Below are positions 58,536 through 64,000 of a DNA stretch of 64,000 nt, piece after piece. The stretch comes from Acidobacteriota bacterium (GTDB lineage: Bacteria; Acidobacteriota; Thermoanaerobaculia; Multivoradales; UBA5704), in assembly GCA_040005235.1 (NCBI GenBank), contig JBDTZG010000010.1, forward strand, positions 32,001-96,000. Reading direction: 5' to 3'. Positions within the stretch are counted from its first letter, which is position 1; every line of letters begins with the position of its first letter. A program made the position numbers and the translations under genes. The notes under the pieces are model-generated. The model had not been told where the DNA came from. It saw only the letters and a list, made by a program, of their open reading frames with translations, and ran no database searches.

Positions 58536-59847
58536 GCGGAGCGTCCCTGAACATGTGGCCTTCGGCAGCCGTCAGGTATCGGTTTTCGCCTTCAGCGCGA
58601 ACACGGCCGAAATCCTCGGGCCAAGGGCCGTAAGCACCCGCTTCGTCAAGGTCGGCCGACGTCACTGTAGTGGTCCCGTCTTCTCCTCGCTCAAACCAAT
58701 GGAGTTTCACGAGATCGGGTGGCATCGCCCCCTCGGAGACCAGTGTCTGGACGGCGAGAAGGAGAATGTCGCTATGGGTTTCGGCGACGACCTTCACGCC
58801 GCGTTTCGCGGCGTCGCAGAGAATCTCCGCCATCGCCTGCTGCGCGGCCGGATGCAGGTGGATCTCGGGCTGCTCAAGATAGACCAGCTGGCCCGGTGCT
58901 GCGGCCAGAAGGGCCACGAGAACCGGTAGGGTCTGGGACACACCGATTCCGACGTCCGCGATGTTGACGAGATCCTTCGCTCCCCCACGCTTCAGCTTGG
59001 GCAGCCGGCCGACGCGTAGCTCAATGCTCGTTGCATCGATCCGGCGCGCTTCGACTTTCCAGGTCAATCCGAGCTTTCCCATTTGGCCGGAGAGCGTCTT
59101 GAGGCGGATATCGCTCCGCTCTTGCCAGTTCAGGACGACGCTTGCGGTATAGACAGGGAAAGGACCGACGAACCGCGGGCCGGTCGCCGTCACGGGATAG
59201 GCCCGCTCGGGATTTCCTCGAAGGCCGGGGATATGAATCGCCGAACCCAAAGCTCGAACGAAATTCCTAGCCGAAGGCACTGCCCCCCATGGGAATGTGT
59301 TCCATTCGCCATCGATAAACTTCGCTTGGACTTCCAAGAAACTTCTCGCTTGGCCTACCTTGAGGGGCACACCGAAAGTTGTTCTTTCCGACCGACCTGT
59401 CGCAGAGATCAAGCGCCGTTTCAGCTCGGTGTGGTCGAGGCCAGGAACCAGTTCGATCTCACCTTTCGGCGTCGAGTAGACCGCGCGTGCGGGGTCCAAC
59501 CCTTTATGAGAATTCTGTCGAAACTCTTCGAGGAACCAATCCTGGCCCAGCTCGGCTCCGATTTTGAAGACATCCGCCCGCTTCCTTCCAGTGACTGCCA
59601 GCAACTGCGAGGCATCGGTGAACCGCACGTGAGAATCGCTCAAGAGCAACGCTCCCGGATCATAGGTCGCTTCCAACGTCTGCTTGAGCAGCAGCAGCGG
59701 CTGCATCACCGACGACTTGCCCGAGCTATTCGCCCCGGCAAGCAAGGTCAGCGGCGCAATCTCGACGCGGGTTTCCCGCGCGATCGACTTGAAGCCCGCG
59801 ACGGTGATCGCGGTAATCTCGGGGACGGAGTCCTTCTCTTTCGCCAT
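58504..59847 (-). CDS. ABC/AAA_21-type ATPase
   Basis: GFKS, GANSSGKS, G.GVSQ.LP, LEQPEIHLHP, ETHS. Confidence 0.88.
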   Translation of the reverse strand: MAKEKDSVPEITAITVAGFKSIARETRVEIAPLTLLAGANSSGKSSVMQPLLLLKQTLEATYDPGALLLSDSHVRFTDASQLLAVTGRKRADVFKIGAELGQDWFLEEFRQNSHKGLDPARAVYSTPKGEIELVPGLDHTELKRRLISATGRSERTTFGVPLKVGQARSFLEVQAKFIDGEWNTFPWGAVPSARNFVRALGSAIHIPGLRGNPERAYPVTATGPRFVGPFPVYTASVVLNWQERSDIRLKTLSGQMGKLGLTWKVEARRIDATSIELRVGRLPKLKRGGAKDLVNIADVGIGVSQTLPVLVALLAAAPGQLVYLEQPEIHLHPAAQQAMAEILCDAAKRGVKVVAETHSDILLLAVQTLVSEGAMPPDLVKLHWFERGEDGTTTVTSADLDEAGAYGPWPEDFGRVRAEGENRYLTAAEGHMFRDAPRGRKAKTARR

Positions 59848-59894
59848 GGTGGGGGTAAGTCTACTCTCGCGGAAGCGGCCTCTGGATGTGCACT

Positions 59895-60215
59895 CTACTT
59901 CCCGCCCTTCCCCTGCCCGACCAGGAACCCCACCAGCCCCGAGGCGATCGCACTGACGATGCCGGCCGCCCACTTCTTGTCGTCAGAGGTGCCGTTGACG
60001 AATGCCATCAGACAGCAGGCGAAGATCGCGCCGGTCAAGAGAAGCGCGAACACCACGAGCAGGAGCCGAATCTGGCGAGCGAGCCTGGAGTCCGCTACGA
60101 GATTCGCGCGACGGGCGGCGGCATCTTCGACGGTTTCGCCTCCGGTGACGGCGAGCTCATAGCGTTGTCCGGCTTCTGCGAGCCGACCGATGTCGACCTG
60201 ACCCTCGTGGCTCAC
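59895..60215 (-). CDS. Small two-TM protein
   Basis: Two hydrophobic helices; lies downstream of the RHH gene. Confidence 0.55.
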   Translation of the reverse strand: MSHEGQVDIGRLAEAGQRYELAVTGGETVEDAAARRANLVADSRLARQIRLLLVVFALLLTGAIFACCLMAFVNGTSDDKKWAAGIVSAIASGLVGFLVGQGKGGK

Positions 60216-60231
60216 GTGGTTGGGGCTCGGC

Positions 60232-60444
60232 TCAAATCCCGACGATTTCGGTAACCATCTGGCGATTCTGGTCAAACAGTCCGATCCGCTGCTTCTGTTC
60301 CTTGGCTTCCGTCGCCACGTCAAAGAGCGCTATCGCCTTGCGCAGAATCTCGCTCTTCGTCGAGTGGGATTGGCTGGCGAGCTGCTCCAGCCGATCGTTC
60401 AGCTCTGGAGAGACGGTCAAACTCAGGCGCACGGGCTCGGACAT
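60232..60444 (-). CDS. CopG/ribbon-helix-helix protein
   Basis: VRLSLTVS...TKSEILRKAI. Confidence 0.8.
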   Translation of the reverse strand: MSEPVRLSLTVSPELNDRLEQLASQSHSTKSEILRKAIALFDVATEAKEQKQRIGLFDQNRQMVTEIVGI

Positions 60445-60523
60445 TGGGGTTCTCCTCGGTCTGGCGTTCACGTCCGGTGAGCGCTAACAGCGTAGATTCT
60501 ACGCTTATTTCGCGCAGTAGTCT

Positions 60524-61105
60524 TCACTCGCCCCGAGCGATGCTCAGCCCCAGCCGCTCCAGCAGATTCTCCAGAATCCGCGCCGTGAGACCCCAGACTT
60601 GATGCCGGCCGACGTGGTAGATGAGGAGATTCCTCTTCGCTCCGTCGATCTTCACCTCGCGCTCTTCGACCAGATCGGGATCGGCAAAAGCGGAGAGCGG
60701 GAGGGCGAAGACTTCGGCGATCTCCGACTCGTTCGGTTTGGCTTCGAACGGATAGGGGACGGCCCCGACGCAGGGGACGACCCCGAAACCCACCGGAGAA
60801 CCGGTCTCGTCGAGCTCGCCGAGACGGAAGACGCGGCTGGGTTCGAGGCCCACCTCTTCGTGGGTTTCGCGCAGCGCCGCCGCCCAGGCGTCTTCGCCGA
60901 TCTCCCGGCCGCCGCCGGGGAAGGCGATCTGGCCGCGGTGGGTGGGCAGGTCGTCGGTCCGCTTGGTGAGCACGGTCCAAAGCTCCCCGGCATCGACGAA
61001 CAGGGGAACCAGGACCGCCGCCGGCCGGGCCTCGCTCGGCGGCAGGCGCCGGGGGGGCGGCGAGGAGAGACGGGCGCGGACTTCGAGGAGCCAACTGTCA
61101 GCCAT
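60524..61105 (-). CDS. Nudix hydrolase (CoA pyrophosphatase-like)
   Basis: AAVLVP, HRGQIAFPGG, ALRETHEEVG, WGLTA. Confidence 0.9.
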   Translation of the reverse strand: MADSWLLEVRARLSSPPPRRLPPSEARPAAVLVPLFVDAGELWTVLTKRTDDLPTHRGQIAFPGGGREIGEDAWAAALRETHEEVGLEPSRVFRLGELDETGSPVGFGVVPCVGAVPYPFEAKPNESEIAEVFALPLSAFADPDLVEEREVKIDGAKRNLLIYHVGRHQVWGLTARILENLLERLGLSIARGE

Positions 61106-61242
61106 GGTGCGCTTTTTACCAGAAAAGGCGCCGCCGCCCGAGACGTCTGAGCGAGAGGTTTGTCTCCTGCCCGCCCCTCCTCTGCACTACAGTGGGGAAG
61201 AACTTCCAACCGAATGGCATCAGCTCCCCTGGAGACCCGCCC

Positions 61243-61596
61243 ATGAACGACCTCGTCCAACGCCTGACCGTCGAGCAGCCGATCATCGCCAGCATGCGCC
61301 CGGAAAATACCGTGGAGCTGTTCAAGGCCGCCATCGATCGCGGCTACGTCCACTGCAAATTCACCGAAACTCGCGGCGGCACCGAGCTGGGCATCCGCCT
61401 CGATCCGTCCGAAACCGACCTGTCGGACGCCAACTATGAGGCGAAATCCGGCACCGTGAAGCTCGCCGGCAATTTGATCCTCGACTACGTGAAAGTCCGG
61501 TTCCGCGGCAAGATCGACCTGGCCACCCTCGCGGGGACCGGCAATCTGGAAATCTTGGGCGAGGTCGCTCCGGGCAGCACGGAAACTGCGGCGTAA
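61243..61596 (+). CDS. Conserved hypothetical protein
   Basis: KFTETRGGTELG; GGAG RBS. Confidence 0.75.
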   Translation: MNDLVQRLTVEQPIIASMRPENTVELFKAAIDRGYVHCKFTETRGGTELGIRLDPSETDLSDANYEAKSGTVKLAGNLILDYVKVRFRGKIDLATLAGTGNLEILGEVAPGSTETAA

Positions 61597-61677
61597 AGGA
61601 GTCGGCTCCGGAGGACCGGGGGGCGCCCGCGCTCCCCTCTTGCCACCGTGGAAGAATCGCATAGACTCCCCCCCACG

Positions 61678-62127
61678 ATGCGGACAATTCGGACTCCCGC
61701 TTTGGCCTTCTGCGCCGTTGCGGCTCTGCTGGTCGGCTGTGCGGAAGAAACTCCCACGGCCCCCGCAACGGCCACGGTGCAGTTCTCGTACGTTGCGGCG
61801 CCCGCCGTTTCGGCGCCGCGCGATTACCCTTACGGATGTATCCGGGGGGTGATTCGAACCCACGTTTCTGTCAGCTGGAAAGAGCCGCGGATCTACATGG
61901 AGCCGCATTCCGACTCGCGGTTCGAGACGCAAGTAGCGGGAGCTCCGATCGGCCGTGAGTTGTCCGTCGCCGTCTCGGACCCGAACGCCTGTTTCCGCAA
62001 TGCGGAGGGACGGGCCACGTCCGGTGTCTCGGCCAACGGCGTCCGCCTGACCCGCTGGGTGACGTCCGGAACCGAGGGGCCGCGTTTCCTGTTCCGGGTC
62101 GCTGCCGACGGCACCGTCATTCCGTAG
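61678..62127 (+). CDS. Putative lipoprotein
   Basis: LVGC lipobox. Confidence 0.65.
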   Translation: MRTIRTPALAFCAVAALLVGCAEETPTAPATATVQFSYVAAPAVSAPRDYPYGCIRGVIRTHVSVSWKEPRIYMEPHSDSRFETQVAGAPIGRELSVAVSDPNACFRNAEGRATSGVSANGVRLTRWVTSGTEGPRFLFRVAADGTVIP

Positions 62128-62137
62128 AGGCAAGAGT

Positions 62138-62224
62138 GTCGGCCAAGTCGTGCGAGGACGGAGCGAAACTGTCTGAGCCCGCAGGGCGAGTTTTGAGCTC
62201 CGCCCGCAGCGCGACTTGGCCGAC
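62138..62224. repeat. REP-like structured intergenic element between convergent genes
   Basis: 13-bp inverted repeat GTCGGCCAAGTCG / CGACTTGGCCGAC with an internal hairpin. Confidence 0.6.
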
Positions 62225-62226
62225 GC

Positions 62227-62754
62227 TCAGGCCCCTCCGACGAAGGTCCCGAGCGCGCGGTCCTTCTTGACGCCGGGAAAGCGCAGCGCCCGGCCGTGGG
62301 CGACGCACCAGATCCCGGCCGGGAGCACCCCGGTGGCAAAGATCGCCTCGGTCAGGTTTTGCAGCGCATCCGACTGCTTCATCTCGAACGGCCGCATCGC
62401 CCCGGTCAAAACGATCGGCACCTTCGTGTTGGGGATCTCCTGATAGAGCCGCTCGCCGGTCTCCTCCAGAGTATCGGTACCGTGGAGAATGACCACTCCG
62501 GTCGGACCGCGGCCGGGGGCTTCCACGCCCAAGCTCCGGACCATCGCCGCGATCTGCGCCCGATCCTCCTCGACCAGGTCGAGGCTATCCTTGGACATCA
62601 GGTCGAGGACCTGAATGCTCGTCTCTTCGAAGCGCAGCTCCTCCAGCATGCGCTGGACGATCGAACGTCGGTTGACCAGCTCGCCGGAGCGCTCATCGTA
62701 GGTCTTCTCGATCGTCCCGCCCGTGGTGACCAGCGCGATTCGCCGCGCGCTCAT
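62227..62754 (-). CDS. Short asparaginase-domain protein
   Basis: TTGGTI, HGTDT, LTGAM. Confidence 0.88.
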   Translation of the reverse strand: MSARRIALVTTGGTIEKTYDERSGELVNRRSIVQRMLEELRFEETSIQVLDLMSKDSLDLVEEDRAQIAAMVRSLGVEAPGRGPTGVVILHGTDTLEETGERLYQEIPNTKVPIVLTGAMRPFEMKQSDALQNLTEAIFATGVLPAGIWCVAHGRALRFPGVKKDRALGTFVGGA

Positions 62755-62933
62755 TCGAAGCTCTCGTTCATCTAGGCTCTCCAGAGGCGGCATCGTATCC
62801 AGCCGGAAGCCCCGACGGAAGAGCGAGCGGCCGGACTGCAACCTTCAATGCTCGGGAACGTATACTTTTGCCGGCGTAAGCCTTGTCCAGTGCCCGGACG
62901 CGGGCGGCGACATCAAAACCCTCGAGGAGCCTC

Positions 62934-64000
62934 ATGCCCAATTCACCCACCCGTTTCCCCCTCGCGACCGCCCTGCTCGCCGCCACCGCCCTCGCGAGCC
63001 TGCCCGTGCTCGCTGCGACCGCGCCGAAAGCCGCGGCACCGGCCAAGCAGGGATACGACGCGGTCGCCGCCGAAATCCGCGCGACCATCGATCCCAAGGC
63101 CGACCCCTGTCAGAGTTTCTACCAGTATGCCTGCGGCGGCTGGCTCGCGAAGACCACCCTGCCGGCCGACGAGTCACAGTTCGGCCGCGGCTTCTCGCAG
63201 CTCGCCGACACCAATCGCGAGGTGCTCCACGGCGTGCTCGAAGAGCTGGCGAAGAAGCCCGGGACCGATCCGGACGACAAGAAGCTCGGTGCCTTCTACT
63301 TGTCATGCATGGACGACGCGGCGATCGAAAAGGCGGGGGCCGCCCCGCTCGCGCCGCTGTTCGCCGAGATCGCCAAGGCGACCGACCTCGACAGCGCCAT
63401 GACCGTCGCGGCCATGTTGCAAAGAGAAGGGATCGAAGCGCTGCTGTCGACCGCCGTCGAAGGTGATTTCAAAGACCCTGACCTGTCGATCGCCTATCTG
63501 ACTCAGGGGGGCTTGGGCCTGCCCGACCGCGACTATTACTTGAAGGACGACGCGGACAGCAAGGCGCTGCTGGCCGACTACCAGGGCCACGTCGCAAAAA
63601 TGCTAGCTCTCGCCGGCGAATCCGCGGCGGACTCCACGCGCCACGCGGCGGCCATCGTGGCTTTCGAGACCGAGCTGGCCAAGGTTTCGCTGCCGCGCGC
63701 CGAGATGCGCGACCCGAACAAGATCTACCACCGGGTCGATCCCGCGGCGCTTTCCGCCATGTCTTCCGGCCTTTCGTGGGCGCCGTTCTTTTCCGGTCTC
63801 GGCCAGCCGAATTTGACCCTGATCAGCGCAGCGCCCGAGGGGTTCTTCAAGGGCCTCGCCGAAACGCTCAAGAAGACCGATCTCGACACCGTGCGCGCCG
63901 ATTTCCGCTGGCTCGCTGTACATTCGCGGGCCGACCAGTTGAGCAAGGCGTTCGTGGATGAGGACTTCGCGTTCTTCGACAAGCGGTTGCAGGGCCAGCA
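62934..64000 (+). CDS. M13 family metallopeptidase, N-terminal part (runs off the right edge)
   Basis: DPCQSFYQYACGGW, QGGLGLPDRDYY; GAGGAG RBS. Confidence 0.9.
   Translation, partial: MPNSPTRFPLATALLAATALASLPVLAATAPKAAAPAKQGYDAVAAEIRATIDPKADPCQSFYQYACGGWLAKTTLPADESQFGRGFSQLADTNREVLHGVLEELAKKPGTDPDDKKLGAFYLSCMDDAAIEKAGAAPLAPLFAEIAKATDLDSAMTVAAMLQREGIEALLSTAVEGDFKDPDLSIAYLTQGGLGLPDRDYYLKDDADSKALLADYQGHVAKMLALAGESAADSTRHAAAIVAFETELAKVSLPRAEMRDPNKIYHRVDPAALSAMSSGLSWAPFFSGLGQPNLTLISAAPEGFFKGLAETLKKTDLDTVRADFRWLAVHSRADQLSKAFVDEDFAFFDKRLQGQ

Overview
High-GC bacterial chromosome segment. Several protein families suggest Acidobacteriota/Thermoanaerobaculia (inference). The main feature is a ~32 kb integrative element (2890-34853) inserted in the comEC/rec2 DNA-uptake gene, exactly inside the metallo-beta-lactamase metal-binding motif (THPDGD|HCQG). 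Joining the ends at the shared 3-bp overlap restores an intact 778-aa ComEC and rebuilds a symmetric attP. In that circular form the large serine recombinase (left end) becomes fused in frame to a double XRE-HTH protein (right end), giving a predicted 665-aa protein. The element also carries two VirD4/TraD-like ATPases without a recognisable T4SS or relaxase, a large M23 peptidase surface protein, an ECF sigma/Ser-Thr kinase pair, ArdC-like and RuvC-like genes, and a second serine recombinase with duplicated flanking modules. Further cargo: an Mrr-like nuclease, a secreted peptide/zinc-finger-TPR pair, and a HATPase-STAS/wHTH-small-DUF4417-like operon. Outside the element are a phd-vapC TA pair, a type II-like RM pair beside tRNA-Pro(GGG), MerR, HU/IHF, der, rnr, tRNA-Leu(CAG), smc, an MNIO (DUF692) RiPP cluster, photolyase, an AAA-ATPase/PIN-like pair and an M13 peptidase. 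All family assignments come from motif recognition by eye, not database searches.
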